Positions 10,004 to 20,645 of a stretch of DNA of 61,110 nt are shown here, one piece after another. Source of the stretch: Tubiluchus corallicola (Eukaryota > Animalia > Priapulida); assembly GCA_030141605.1 (NCBI GenBank), contig JAQGDQ010000742.1:1-61110 (forward strand). The letters are read 5' to 3'. A program made the translations under genes and the position numbers. The notes beneath the pieces are model-generated. The model ran no database searches, was not told the DNA's origin, and saw only the letters and a list, made by a program, of their open reading frames with translations. Every line of letters starts with the position of its first letter. Positions within the stretch are counted from its first letter, which is position 1.

Positions 10004-12037
10004 ATGAGCAAGTATAAAAGGACACTGATCACATCAGCACTACCATACGCAAATGGCCCGATACATATAGGGCATTTGGCTGGCGTGTATATTCCAGCTG
10101 ACATATATGCTCGCTATCTTCGTTTGAAGGGAGAAGAGGTTATTTTTGTAGGCGGGTCAGATGAGCATGGTGTCCCTATCACATTAAGGGCAAAAAAAGA
10201 GGGTGGTACTCCTCAGGACGTTGTCGATAAATACCATAAAATAATTAAAGAATCTTTCAGCAAGTTTGGCATCTCTTTTGATATTTATTCACGTACCAGC
10301 GCTGATATACATCATAAAACGGCATCGGATTTTTTCAAAACTTTGCATAATAAAGGTGCATTTATAGAAAAAGTGGAGAAACAGTTTTACGACGAGGAGG
10401 CGGAGCAGTTTCTTGCCGATCGCTATATAATCGGTACCTGTCCGAGATGTAATTTTGAAAAGGCTTATGGTGACCAGTGTGAGAATTGTGGTTCATCTCT
10501 CAATGCCATTGATTTGATAGATCCCAAGTCGGTGTTAAGTGGTAATAAGCCGGTAAGAAAGGAGACAAAGCACTGGTATCTGCCACTTGATAAGCATGAA
10601 AGGTGGCTTAAGGAATGGATAATAGATGGGCATAAGGAGTGGAAGCCAAATGTTTACGGGCAATGCAAGTCATGGATAGACGGAGGGCTAACTCCTCGCG
10701 CTGTAACCCGTGATCTGAACTGGGGAGTCCCTGTCCCTGTTGAGGGAGCGGATGGGAAAGTGCTGTATGTGTGGTTTGATGCACCTATCGGATACATTTC
10801 TACAACCAAAGAGTTGACACCTGAGTGGGAAAAGTACTGGAAGAGCCCTGATACGAAAATGGTATGCTTTATAGGAAAGGACAATATTGTTTTTCACTGC
10901 ATTATTTTTCCTGCAATGCTCAGCGCCGAAGGTTCATATATACTTCCTGACAATGTCCCGGCGAATGAGTTTTTGAATCTCGAAGGGGAGAAAATATCGA
11001 CATCTCAGAATAGAGCTGTGTGGCTGCACGAGTATATGGAAGAATTTCCTGGCAAAGAGGATGTGTTGAAATATGTGCTTACGGCTAATGCTCCCGAAGC
11101 AAAGGACAGCGATTTTACATGGAAAGATTTTCAGGCCAGAAATAATAATGAGCTTGTTGCTATTTTAGGGAACTTTGTAAACCGAACTTTGGTGCTCACA
11201 AATAAGTATTATGAAGGGGAAGTGCCACAAATACAGGAGCTGTGCGATTTTGACAGAGAGACACTCTCTGTAATTGAAAAGCTGAAGCAGGAGGTGGAAA
11301 TGTCTCTGGGCAGCTATCGGTTTCGGGAGGCATTAAAGAGAGCGATGGATCTGGCGAGGCTGGGAAATAAATACCTTGCCGATAGTGAGCCATGGAAGGT
11401 TATTAAAACAGACGCAGCACGCGTTAAAACAATCATAAATATATGTTTACAGATAACTGCAAATATTACTATCATCTTTGAGCCATTTATGCCATTAAAG
11501 ATGGAAAAACTGAGACGGCTGTTGAATATTGAGAGGTTGCCCTGGGGTGAACTGGGACGCACAGACCTAGTTAGGGCAGGGCACAATGTAAACAAGCCGG
11601 AGCTGCTATTCGAAAAAATAGAGGATGAAGTGATACAGGTACAGGTGGATAAGTTACTATCAGCCCAAAAGGCAGAAAAGCCCGTAAACACAGCAATAAA
11701 AGAGGTAAAAGAAGATATAGGATTTGACGATTTTACAAAACTGGATATTCGTGTTGGTACTATCATAAGCGCAGAGAAAGTAGCAAAAACCAAAAAATTG
11801 TTGAAGCTGGAAGTAGATACGGGGCTTGACAAACGCACTATCGTTTCAGGAATAGCAGAGTATTATGAGCCCCAAAAGATAAAAGGGCAGCAGGTGTCTG
11901 TTGTGATAAACCTGGCGCCTAAAGTGCTATATGGTATTAAGTCTCAGGGAATGATATTAATGGCCGAAAATAGTGATGGGACACTGGCATTTCTCAGTCC
12001 TGATAAGAAGATAGAGAGTGGGGGGAAAGTTTGTTGA
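10004..12037 (+). CDS. metG: Methionine--tRNA ligase
   Basis: [14 protein letters not shown], Zn knuckle CxxC..Cxx[16 protein letters not shown] (KMSKS-like), C-terminal tRNA-binding domain. Confidence 0.98.
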   Translation: MSKYKRTLITSALPYANGPIHIGHLAGVYIPADIYARYLRLKGEEVIFVGGSDEHGVPITLRAKKEGGTPQDVVDKYHKIIKESFSKFGISFDIYSRTSADIHHKTASDFFKTLHNKGAFIEKVEKQFYDEEAEQFLADRYIIGTCPRCNFEKAYGDQCENCGSSLNAIDLIDPKSVLSGNKPVRKETKHWYLPLDKHERWLKEWIIDGHKEWKPNVYGQCKSWIDGGLTPRAVTRDLNWGVPVPVEGADGKVLYVWFDAPIGYISTTKELTPEWEKYWKSPDTKMVCFIGKDNIVFHCIIFPAMLSAEGSYILPDNVPANEFLNLEGEKISTSQNRAVWLHEYMEEFPGKEDVLKYVLTANAPEAKDSDFTWKDFQARNNNELVAILGNFVNRTLVLTNKYYEGEVPQIQELCDFDRETLSVIEKLKQEVEMSLGSYRFREALKRAMDLARLGNKYLADSEPWKVIKTDAARVKTIINICLQITANITIIFEPFMPLKMEKLRRLLNIERLPWGELGRTDLVRAGHNVNKPELLFEKIEDEVIQVQVDKLLSAQKAEKPVNTAIKEVKEDIGFDDFTKLDIRVGTIISAEKVAKTKKLLKLEVDTGLDKRTIVSGIAEYYEPQKIKGQQVSVVINLAPKVLYGIKSQGMILMAENSDGTLAFLSPDKKIESGGKVC

Positions 12038-12087
12038 TGGAGTAGTAGGGAGTGAATGGGACGATAGAAGCCGATCAATTATTTGAA

Positions 12088-12123
12088 AAAAGAGGGTACA
12101 CCATAAATGGCATACCCTCTTTT
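12088..12123. terminator. Bidirectional intrinsic terminator between convergent metG and cydB
   Basis: Inverted repeat AAAAGAGGGTA...TACCCTCTTTT with A- and T-tracts. Confidence 0.75.
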
Positions 12124-12307
12124 AAGTTAGGCCTTAGCACTAATATTTAAAGTTAAGTTAGCTGAAAATTTTCTCAGCTGTCATTTTCTAGATTGCCTTC
12201 ATGCCTTAGCATAACTTTTTTTATTACAATATAAGTGATGTAAATGATCACAGGTAGTGAAAACAGTTCTGTAATTGATCCCCAATACATAATTTTTGTT
12301 TTTAAGG

Positions 12308-13447
12308 TTAGTAGATTAATCCATCTCCCTTCCCACTTGTTACTTCCTCCTCTGTTATTTTTTTACTGTTAATAGCTTTCCATGCGTACCATATATATGC
12401 TAGCACAAAAGGGACAAATAAAGATACATAGCTCATAACTGTCAAAGTAAATCTGGAAGATGAACTATTTTGTATAGTAAGCGATGACTGAAGATCGTAG
12501 GCTGATGGATAATACGAGGTGTTGTTATATCCGGCGATTAACAGAAGTGCAAAAACCGTTAATACAGTTCCAATTCCCGCAGACCATATACCATCAGTCC
12601 TGTCTTTCAATAAAGAGCTAATAATTCCCCACAACACCCCTAGCACACCCACAAGGAAAATTATTGTAACAACAGGCATCTCAAGAAGATTACGTAGATA
12701 TTTATTCGGTTCTTTGAATATTTCAAGGCTATCAGAATCGTATGCAAAGCCATCCATAATAAGCAATCTGATTACAAAAAATAGGAAAAAAACCAGAAAT
12801 GGAACTGTGTTAATTAGTAGCTGTTTTTTTGAGTTTTTAAATATCGACTCATTATCAATACAGTTCATAAAATACAGCAGTGCGAGAATTCTGGATAGAA
12901 AGAATACAGCAAGGCCAAGAGCCACATTATGAAATGTGAGAACTGTCTCAAGCCCTCTGGCAGGGTGTTCCCACTGTGAGAAGTTAAATTCATTAACAGA
13001 AAATTCCGCACCGTTAAAGAAAGTTCCCACTACTGCACCGATCAAAATTGTTCCCAACAATCCATTGGCAAAAAGAAATGCATCAAATGTTTTTTGCCCA
13101 AGGAAGTTTCCTGGTTTTTTTCTAAACTCGTAAGATACGGCTTGAACGATAAAGCAGAATAGCAGTGCCATCCATGCCCAGTAAGCTCCGCCAAAGCTGG
13201 TTGAATAGAATAGTGGAAAGGATGCAAAAAATGCTCCCCCAAAAGTTACTAAAGTTGTAAATGTAAATTCCCATTTTCGGCCCAAAGCATTAATGATCAT
13301 TGCGCGGTCATTATCTGTTTTGCCAAGCTGGTAGATTAAAGACTGCCCTCCCTGAACGAAAAGCAAAAATACCAGCAAACTGCCCAAGAGGGATATAATA
13401 GCCCACCAATACTGTTGTAGAGCTAAATGACTCATTGTTTCAAACAT
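12308..13447 (-). CDS. cydB: Cytochrome bd ubiquinol oxidase subunit II
   Basis: Multi-TM protein; GRKWEFTFTTLVTFGGAFFASFPLFY and SSLTIQNSSSS motifs; downstream of cydA. Confidence 0.95.
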   Translation of the reverse strand: MFETMSHLALQQYWWAIISLLGSLLVFLLFVQGGQSLIYQLGKTDNDRAMIINALGRKWEFTFTTLVTFGGAFFASFPLFYSTSFGGAYWAWMALLFCFIVQAVSYEFRKKPGNFLGQKTFDAFLFANGLLGTILIGAVVGTFFNGAEFSVNEFNFSQWEHPARGLETVLTFHNVALGLAVFFLSRILALLYFMNCIDNESIFKNSKKQLLINTVPFLVFFLFFVIRLLIMDGFAYDSDSLEIFKEPNKYLRNLLEMPVVTIIFLVGVLGVLWGIISSLLKDRTDGIWSAGIGTVLTVFALLLIAGYNNTSYYPSAYDLQSSLTIQNSSSSRFTLTVMSYVSLFVPFVLAYIWYAWKAINSKKITEEEVTSGKGDGLIY

Positions 13448-13461
13448 AATACACTTCCTCC

Positions 13462-15015
13462 TTATTTAGGTCCTTTTTTAATTTGCCTAGACATAATCTT
13501 AATTTCTGCAATTAAAAGCAATGTAAATATTGCTACAAATAGCCAGAATGTAACCTGAACTGCGCTTGAACTAATTTTTGATACAGCGGCAGTTGTTGGC
13601 ATTAAATCCTGTATCACCCAGGGCTGTCTTCCCATTTCAGCCGTTGTCCATCCCAGCATGGTAGCAATATATGCCAGAGGTATAGTCCAGATAGCAATCC
13701 ACAAGAATGTCTTTTTATTGGATAGTGTTCCTTTTAATACCCAAATAAGTGAAAGTATGAAAAACACTAAAAACCATATACCCAATACAACCATTAGGTG
13801 AAAGCTGTAAAATACAAGGGGTATACCGGGAATTAAGTCATTTGTGTCTGCAATATGTCCGTACCCGAAATATTTAAAGTAGTTTTCCTGGAACTTATCG
13901 GACTCAAATTTTACTCTTAACTCATTAGCTAACACGGTGTTGCCACTGCTCTTGGCATCTTTATATTCTTTGAGTGTTTTAATGGCAATTTTCCCTCTTT
14001 TAATCTTTTCCTCAGCAGATAAAATACCATATTTATCGTTTCCATCTATCAGGTCATTGACCCCTGGTACAAATGCACTCTTGTCGCGAAAGGCCAAGTA
14101 CGAAAGCATATTTGGAACCTCCAGCTTTACCAGGAAATCTTTTAGCTTATCATTCTGCTGCTCTTTACTTGAGCCCGACATTACTCCAAATACTACAAGG
14201 CCTGCTCCCTCCTGCCCATCATAAAGGCCTTCAAATGCAGCAAACTTCATAGGCTGTTCGGCTGCAATCTCACGAGCTGAAGAGTCGCCATAGAAAGCAT
14301 TAAAAAGCGAAAATACGAGGCCAAAAATGGAGGCTATAAGAATACTTTTCTTAGCAAAAGCAACATCTCTCTTTTTTAATAAAAACCAAGCGGAAACGCC
14401 TATTACAAAAACTGAAGCTAGCACATATCCGGAAGATACTGTATGCAAAAACTTACTTACTGCCATAGGAGAAAAAAGCACTTCCCAGAAGCTTGTCATC
14501 TCATTTCTTGCAGTTTCCGGATTGAACGCAGTACCCACCGGCTTCTGCATCCACGCATTAGCTACAAGTATCCATAGTGCAGATAAGTTAGCTCCTATAG
14601 CTGTAAGCCAGGTAGAAAGCAAATGAAACTTTTTACTTACTTTCTCCCACCCAAAAAACATTACGGCAATAAAGGTGGATTCCATAAAGAAAGCCATGAT
14701 ACCCTCTACAGCCAGGGGCGCGCCAAAAATATCACCTACAAACCATGAGTAATTAGACCAGTTGGTCCCAAACTGAAACTCCAAAATAATACCTGTAGCT
14801 ACACCGATAGCAAAATTTATACCGAATAGCTTCATCCAAAATTTAGTGATTCTCTTCCACTCAGGATTGCCTGTTTTTACATAGATTGATTCCATGATGG
14901 CAATGATGAATGTAATCCCAAGTGTGAGAGGCACAAATAGCCAATGATAAAATGCAGTAAGAGCAAATTGCGCTCTTGCCCAGTTTACCATTGAAAGATC
15001 TACAATTCCATCCAT
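13462..15015 (-). CDS. cydA: Cytochrome bd ubiquinol oxidase subunit I
   Basis: RAQFALTAFYHWLFVPLT, EFQFGTNWS, QPMKFAAFEG, AEMGRQPW. Confidence 0.97.
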   Translation of the reverse strand: MDGIVDLSMVNWARAQFALTAFYHWLFVPLTLGITFIIAIMESIYVKTGNPEWKRITKFWMKLFGINFAIGVATGIILEFQFGTNWSNYSWFVGDIFGAPLAVEGIMAFFMESTFIAVMFFGWEKVSKKFHLLSTWLTAIGANLSALWILVANAWMQKPVGTAFNPETARNEMTSFWEVLFSPMAVSKFLHTVSSGYVLASVFVIGVSAWFLLKKRDVAFAKKSILIASIFGLVFSLFNAFYGDSSAREIAAEQPMKFAAFEGLYDGQEGAGLVVFGVMSGSSKEQQNDKLKDFLVKLEVPNMLSYLAFRDKSAFVPGVNDLIDGNDKYGILSAEEKIKRGKIAIKTLKEYKDAKSSGNTVLANELRVKFESDKFQENYFKYFGYGHIADTNDLIPGIPLVFYSFHLMVVLGIWFLVFFILSLIWVLKGTLSNKKTFLWIAIWTIPLAYIATMLGWTTAEMGRQPWVIQDLMPTTAAVSKISSSAVQVTFWLFVAIFTLLLIAEIKIMSRQIKKGPK

Positions 15016-15026
15016 AAACTTAGTAT

Positions 15027-15233
15027 TTAATTAATATTAGTCAAACTCTCTATGACGTGATTACTTCGCTCTTGAGGTGTTTCAAAGTTTTTTCTCAAAA
15101 AGTTAGGGAAAAAGAATATCTTTAGAATTGCAAACATTATGAACAGTTTAATTAAGATTATAATCCACAAACTTTTTCCCCATGTCATTGTCCTGAACCC
15201 TTCATAATAAAATTTCCAAACCTTCGATATCAT
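15027..15233 (-). CDS. DUF4492 family small membrane protein, first gene of the cyd operon
   Basis: FYYEGFRTMTWGKSLWIIILIKLFIMFAILKIFFFPNFL motif; ends 11 bp before the cydA start. Confidence 0.85.
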   Translation of the reverse strand: MISKVWKFYYEGFRTMTWGKSLWIIILIKLFIMFAILKIFFFPNFLRKNFETPQERSNHVIESLTNIN

Positions 15234-15418
15234 AATTCACTTAATTGACAATAATTGCACTATGTACGCCATTTAATTAGTTTTTTACGAAAGTAAAAGA
15301 CTCAACAAGATAGTTGTTTTAATTTAAAAAAATAAAATTTTTAATTGAAATTTTATGCTTGTTAGTCACAACCTTTTAATTATGTGGATACCATAAATTT
15401 TAAGGGTATAAGTTTAAA

Positions 15419-16378
15419 CTACATAAGATCCAGAGGTTTCTTTTTTCTGAGCCACAACTTTTGGCCTGGCTCCGGTTCATCCCCAATTTGCATTCGATTC
15501 TTTCTATACAGAGACCTAAGGCGTATGCCGTATTGCTGGGACACAGACCACATTGTTTGCTGGTCTTGAAAAATATGATAATCATACCCTTTGGGGGCTT
15601 TACCACGCTTTGGAGCAATGAATACTACCGAGTTGCTTCCGGGTAATTTACCACCCTTCACGCTGTTGTATTTCAGATCGTTGTAGCGATCTATTTCCCA
15701 CTTTTTCATTCCAAACTCTGTGGCGATATTTTCGTATGTGTCTCCATCCTTTGAGACAAATGACTTTCGCTTATTCCTTAACTCTATTTGTCTTTCCTGA
15801 AACAAACTATTGATTTGGTAATCATAGGCGCCAGCCCCCTTACGACTATCAACTACCTTTTCACCATAATGGAGATCAAATACGTATAACTTATTATCTT
15901 CTATAATAGATATAAGTTTTTCAGGATACTTCTTGTCTGTTGCATACCCTGCTTTTTTTAATTCATATGCCCATCCTTTATAATCTGTAATGTCAAGTTC
16001 AAACAGAGAGGAGTAGCGCTGATTTTTTGTTAAAAACTCTGAATGGTCACGATATGACTCCCACGCAGAGTTGTATTTCCTAAAGCATTCAGCTTTAGCA
16101 TCATCGTCATGAGCTACATAAGGCCCAGTCCAACTACCGCCACATTTTATACCAAAGTGATTATTTGCCTTCTTTGAAAGGGTAGATTTTCCATTGCCCG
16201 ACTCCAAGCAACCTTGCGCCAGTTTGATACTGGCGGGAATATGAAACAGATTCATTTCAGTTATGGCAACTTCTGAATAACGTTTAATATATTCATTCCT
16301 TTCTCCGTGCCGTCCTCCGGCGCTAAGGTATCCAGTCTTTACAATAACAATTAAAAGTAATAGAATGTATCTTTTCAT
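15419..16378 (-). CDS. GH73 glucosaminidase (peptidoglycan hydrolase) with LysM domains
   Basis: IPASIKLAQGCLESGNG, NNHFGIKC, AGYATD; two C-terminal LysM-like repeats. Confidence 0.92.
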   Translation of the reverse strand: MKRYILLLLIVIVKTGYLSAGGRHGERNEYIKRYSEVAITEMNLFHIPASIKLAQGCLESGNGKSTLSKKANNHFGIKCGGSWTGPYVAHDDDAKAECFRKYNSAWESYRDHSEFLTKNQRYSSLFELDITDYKGWAYELKKAGYATDKKYPEKLISIIEDNKLYVFDLHYGEKVVDSRKGAGAYDYQINSLFQERQIELRNKRKSFVSKDGDTYENIATEFGMKKWEIDRYNDLKYNSVKGGKLPGSNSVVFIAPKRGKAPKGYDYHIFQDQQTMWSVSQQYGIRLRSLYRKNRMQIGDEPEPGQKLWLRKKKPLDLM

Positions 16379-16917
16379 TTGCTATGTTGTAGTTGAGAAT
16401 ATTTTTCAAAGATATAAAAGATAAAAAAAACCTTTTCTATCATTTAATAATTTTAAAAATATAAAACAAAAACGAGCCCAAAAAGGTTGTGAGGCGTCCT
16501 GTGTTTGACTTGGAAATACTGATAAGGCTCTAGACTAGGAAACTTTTAATTTTCTTTAAAAAAAGAGGTTCCAATTTTAAAAATTACAAAGTGTGGAATG
16601 TTCTCAAGAGCCTCTTCTTCCTTATCTGAGGCATATTTACTTCCTATAATCTTTTTGCACCAAAATAAGTTTTAGCTAGCTCAAATTCACAAAAAAACAA
16701 TCATTTATTTCTGCTTGTTTTTGATAAGTTTCATCTCTGAAAACGCTAAAATAACGTTTTACACTATTTTGATTAATGATAAAATTTTAGCGGTTTTTGT
16801 AGTATTAATATTACTATAAGAACAGTTGATGTGCTTCTTTGTTTTATAACCGCTGATTTCACTATGTTATAGAATAAATTTAACGATTTATTTTAGCCTA
16901 AAGTCTTAAGAAAAAAT

Positions 16918-17071
16918 GAGATTTTTACAAGGCGGGATGTTTTGATTCAGGTTGAGGAGAAATTCGATGAGAAACCGTAGCTCACTGATGTAAATGGTGA
17001 GGATTTTGGCGAAAGTATTAATGAAAAGGTAGGTTTTAAAAGTTCGTAGTATGGGTTTCACAAAGGTTCCC
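16918..17071 (+). repeat. Dispersed intergenic repeat, copy C
   Basis: GAGATTTTTACAAGGC..TTTGATTCAGGTTGAGGAGAAATTCGATGAGAAACCGTAGCTCACTGATGTAAAT..TTCACAAAGGTTCCC. Confidence 0.75.
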
Positions 17072-17091
17072 AAACTTTTAAATAGCCTGTT

Positions 17092-18357
17092 TTAGTCAAA
17101 TTTTATTGTTTTGCTGGGATTAATTTTAGAGACATACCATGACGGAACCATCAGCATGAAAACAGTAGCAGCCAAAGTGCCAATATTTAACAGGATGACA
17201 TGTGCCAACTTAAAGTTTATAGGTACTACATCTACAAAGTACGACTCTGGGTTAAGCTTCATAATTCCATATCTATGTTGTAGTATGCAGATAGCTATTC
17301 CGATAATATTTCCCCAAATCATACCTTTCCCTATAAGAAATGCAGATAGATAGATAAACACTTTTCTGATACTTCTGTTCTCAAAGCCTAATGACTTCAA
17401 CACTCCTATCATGTTAGTTCTTTCCAAAATAAGGATTAGAAGTCCTGAAATCATATTAAATCCGGCCACTATTACAATAAGAGAAATGATTACCCATACA
17501 TTCATATCCAGCAGGTTTAGCCAATCAAATATTTGCGGATATTTCATCTCTATATTAATGGTACGAAGAGTCGCTAAATCTCTGCTTTTACTATTTTCGG
17601 CAATACTAGCTTTCAAAGCTTGTGTCATATTAGACAAGTCTTCAAAGTCATTAATAGTTATTTCATATCCGCTAATTTCACCGGGTTGCCAGTTGTTTAA
17701 ACTGTTAACATGTTTTATGTCCCCCAGTATAAAAAGTTTGTCAAACTCTTCAAAGCTTGATTTAAAGATTCCGCAAATATTAAAGCGACGCATGCGTGGG
17801 GTTGTAGAAGCTTCATTTTGAAAGTACATATACAGGGGGTCTCCAACATTGAGTTTCAAAGAAGAGGCGACCTGAGCAGCGATTATGACATCATTTGTGC
17901 GGGCAGAGTCAGTTACTGTGAATATACTTCCCGAAACCATATTATCCCTAAAAAAAGACCAATCGAAATCGTCTGCAACACCTTTGAGAATAGTGCCGTG
18001 AAAATCCTCATCTGTTTTAATAATACCCGGTTTTGTACTAAACATTTGAATATGCTTGACTCCCTCCAGCTCTTTCACCTTTTCAACCCATGGCTGTGTT
18101 GCTGGAATTGGATTAGTCTGATACGACGAGTTTGAGTCATAGTTTACAACCTGAATATGCGAGCCAAAGCCTACAACTTTGCTTCTAACTTCAGATTTGA
18201 ACCCCGTTGCAATTGCTATAGATAATAACATTATTGCAGTACCTATGGCAATACCAAATATCGCAAAGGATATTATTGAACGTGATATCCTTCTTTTGTT
18301 ACCCTGCTCGGAAAAGATTCTGCGAGCAATAAAAAATTCTGTATTAAAATAGGGCAT
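17092..18357 (-). CDS. LolC/E (FtsX-like) ABC transporter permease, probable lipoprotein-releasing system
   Basis: FIARRI N-terminus, TM plus periplasmic MacB-type domain, ILERTNMIGVLKSLG motif. Confidence 0.88.
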   Translation of the reverse strand: MPYFNTEFFIARRIFSEQGNKRRISRSIISFAIFGIAIGTAIMLLSIAIATGFKSEVRSKVVGFGSHIQVVNYDSNSSYQTNPIPATQPWVEKVKELEGVKHIQMFSTKPGIIKTDEDFHGTILKGVADDFDWSFFRDNMVSGSIFTVTDSARTNDVIIAAQVASSLKLNVGDPLYMYFQNEASTTPRMRRFNICGIFKSSFEEFDKLFILGDIKHVNSLNNWQPGEISGYEITINDFEDLSNMTQALKASIAENSKSRDLATLRTINIEMKYPQIFDWLNLLDMNVWVIISLIVIVAGFNMISGLLILILERTNMIGVLKSLGFENRSIRKVFIYLSAFLIGKGMIWGNIIGIAICILQHRYGIMKLNPESYFVDVVPINFKLAHVILLNIGTLAATVFMLMVPSWYVSKINPSKTIKFD

Positions 18358-18433
18358 GCAGCTACTATTAAGATATTATCAAGACCTAAGTAAGGTTTTT
18401 ATTTTTGTTAAAAGCTGTTTAACCTGCATTCCG

Positions 18434-19444
18434 TCAGTTGTTTTTGTGTGTTTTGGTCCGATGGCGATTCACTAATGGTAAAATAGCGAACAGGATCAAT
18501 CCCCCCATGGCAAACATTAACGTCATGGATGTATGCAGCAAGAAGGCAAAAGTTAACCCATCGCCCTCCTTTACTCCGTAAATTTTTAAACCTTCAACAG
18601 TCATGAAATGCCACGTGCCAATTCCTCCCTGCACAGGAGCTACCATACCAAAGCTTCCCAGGACAAAAACTGTTAATCCTGATAGCAGGGGGAGGCTGGC
18701 AGTAAAGTCAAAGCTATTGAAAGCTAAGTATGTCATTAAGAAATACATTGTCCAGATAAACACACTGTGGAAAATAAATACCCACTTTCTTTTCATTTTC
18801 TTCACCACTGTCAAGCCTTCCACAAAGCTATTAGTAACCCCTCTGAACTTTTGTACTAGGGGGGAGTTTCCAAACCGATACTTTAAAATGAGAAGTGCTG
18901 AAGCCACAAATGCCAGTCCGAATATCAGGTGTGGAGATGTGAGCCCTCTATTGATTTTTTTCTGAATTTCTGGATTGTTTTTCAGAAACATAGCCATCCC
19001 GTCAAGCTGAGTCAGAACTGTAATTATGGTAAAAATCAGCAGCATTACAATATCTACGGCACGCTCAACAACAACGGTTCCCAGAAGTTTTGAAAATGAT
19101 ATTTTTTCATACTTGGAAATGATTCCACACCTTGCAACTTCTCCTGCACGAGGGATAACAAGGTTCATCAGGTAGACGAACATTACTGCTATAAAGGTGT
19201 TGATCATCCTCGGTTTTTTCCCCAGAGGTTCAATAAGTATTCTCCAGCGATATGCCCGTGCTAAATGACTTAGTATGCCCAGGAAAACAGCAAGATAAAT
19301 CCATATATAGTCTGCATTGTTTTTCAGATCATTCTTCATATGATCAAGGTCTTGGTCTTTGTATATGAACCAAAAAATAAAAACTCCTACAGAAAGAAAT
19401 AGTATATATTTTATAGCAACAAAAAATTTACTCTTTAAAAGCAT
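18434..19444 (-). CDS. Lysylphosphatidylglycerol synthase TM domain / flippase-like membrane protein (UPF0104)
   Basis: RAYRW, NLVIPRAGEVARC, GTVVVER, PVQGGIGTWH motifs. Confidence 0.88.
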   Translation of the reverse strand: MLLKSKFFVAIKYILFLSVGVFIFWFIYKDQDLDHMKNDLKNNADYIWIYLAVFLGILSHLARAYRWRILIEPLGKKPRMINTFIAVMFVYLMNLVIPRAGEVARCGIISKYEKISFSKLLGTVVVERAVDIVMLLIFTIITVLTQLDGMAMFLKNNPEIQKKINRGLTSPHLIFGLAFVASALLILKYRFGNSPLVQKFRGVTNSFVEGLTVVKKMKRKWVFIFHSVFIWTMYFLMTYLAFNSFDFTASLPLLSGLTVFVLGSFGMVAPVQGGIGTWHFMTVEGLKIYGVKEGDGLTFAFLLHTSMTLMFAMGGLILFAILPLVNRHRTKTHKNN

Positions 19445-19638
19445 TAGTGTTATTTTTATCTTTTGATTTATATCTGCAATAAAGGCTATCTTTGGAAGAC
19501 TCTTTCAGGTGTCCTGCAAATTTAACCGCGCGCCATTACTGCCAAAATGAGGGTAAATGTAATGTTTTTGAGTGAGTGTTACACATTTGCTATGGTGGAT
19601 GGAAATAGAAAGTAGTTTTGAAACAGGCTTTGAATCAC

Positions 19639-19777
19639 GAGACTTTTGCAAGGTGAGGGATTTGGTTCAGATTGAGGGGGAAATTTGATGGCGAATTGCA
19701 GGCTACTGGTGTAGATAAGGGTTTTGGAGGGAGTTTTGACAGAAGAATTAATAAAAAATAAGTTTTACAAAAGCTTC
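19639..19777 (+). repeat. Dispersed intergenic repeat, copy D (139 bp)
   Basis: TIR GAGACTTTTGCAA...TTACAAAAGCTTC; core TTTGGTTCAGATTGAGGGGGAAATTTGATG. Confidence 0.75.
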
Positions 19778-19847
19778 AAAGTATGGTTTGCTCTCGCAAG
19801 TTGTAGGTTGATGACTGAAAAGCTAATTTTATTACCTGGTTTTTATA

Positions 19848-20627
19848 ATGGCAGTAAAAGCAAAAAAATATTGGGGACAACATTTCTTAACAGATAAGAA
19901 CATTGCTGCAAAAATTGTTCGGAGCTTGCATGCAAAGGAATTAAGCAAGGTGCTGGAGATAGGGCCGGGTATGGGGATACTCACAAAGCTATTGCTTGAG
20001 ATAGACACTTTTGAAACTTCTGTTGTAGAGATTGATAGTGAGTCTGTAGAGTATCTTAAAAACAATTATCCCGACATAGTAAAAAACATAATTGAGGGTG
20101 ATTTTCTGAAACTGGATTTATTGTCATACTCAAAGGTTCCATTTGCTATTATTGGGAATTTCCCGTATAATATTTCATCACAAATATTTTTTAAGGTGCT
20201 AGAAAACAGAGATTTGGTAGAAGAAGTGGTGGGGATGCTCCAAAAAGAGGTTGCTGAAAGGCTGTGTGCCGGGCCGGGAAGCAAAACATATGGTATCTTG
20301 AGTGTTTTATTGCAGGCATGGTATAGTACAGAATATCTATTTACTGTAAGTGAGAATGTGTTTTCACCTCCACCAAAAGTTAAGTCAGCAGTTATAAGGC
20401 TTGTAAGGAATAAAGTAAATAGATTGGAGTGCGATGAGAAACTGTTTGTTCAGGTGGTGAAACAGGGATTTAGCCAGAGGAGAAAAATGCTAAGTAATAG
20501 CCTAAAGAGTTTTTTTTCGCAAGTCAATAGTGTAAATCATGCTTTGTTGACAAAAAGGCCGGAGCAGCTTGGAGTAAGTGAGTTTATAGAGGTTACAAAA
20601 TATATTGAAAAACATAGAGTCAAATAA
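19848..20627 (+). CDS. rsmA: 16S rRNA m6,2A1518/1519 dimethyltransferase
   Basis: KKYWGQHFL, VLEIGPGMGILT, IGNFPYNISS, FSPPPKVKSAVI. Confidence 0.97.
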   Translation: MAVKAKKYWGQHFLTDKNIAAKIVRSLHAKELSKVLEIGPGMGILTKLLLEIDTFETSVVEIDSESVEYLKNNYPDIVKNIIEGDFLKLDLLSYSKVPFAIIGNFPYNISSQIFFKVLENRDLVEEVVGMLQKEVAERLCAGPGSKTYGILSVLLQAWYSTEYLFTVSENVFSPPPKVKSAVIRLVRNKVNRLECDEKLFVQVVKQGFSQRRKMLSNSLKSFFSQVNSVNHALLTKRPEQLGVSEFIEVTKYIEKHRVK

Positions 20628-20645
20628 ATATATGACGGTTAGGTT

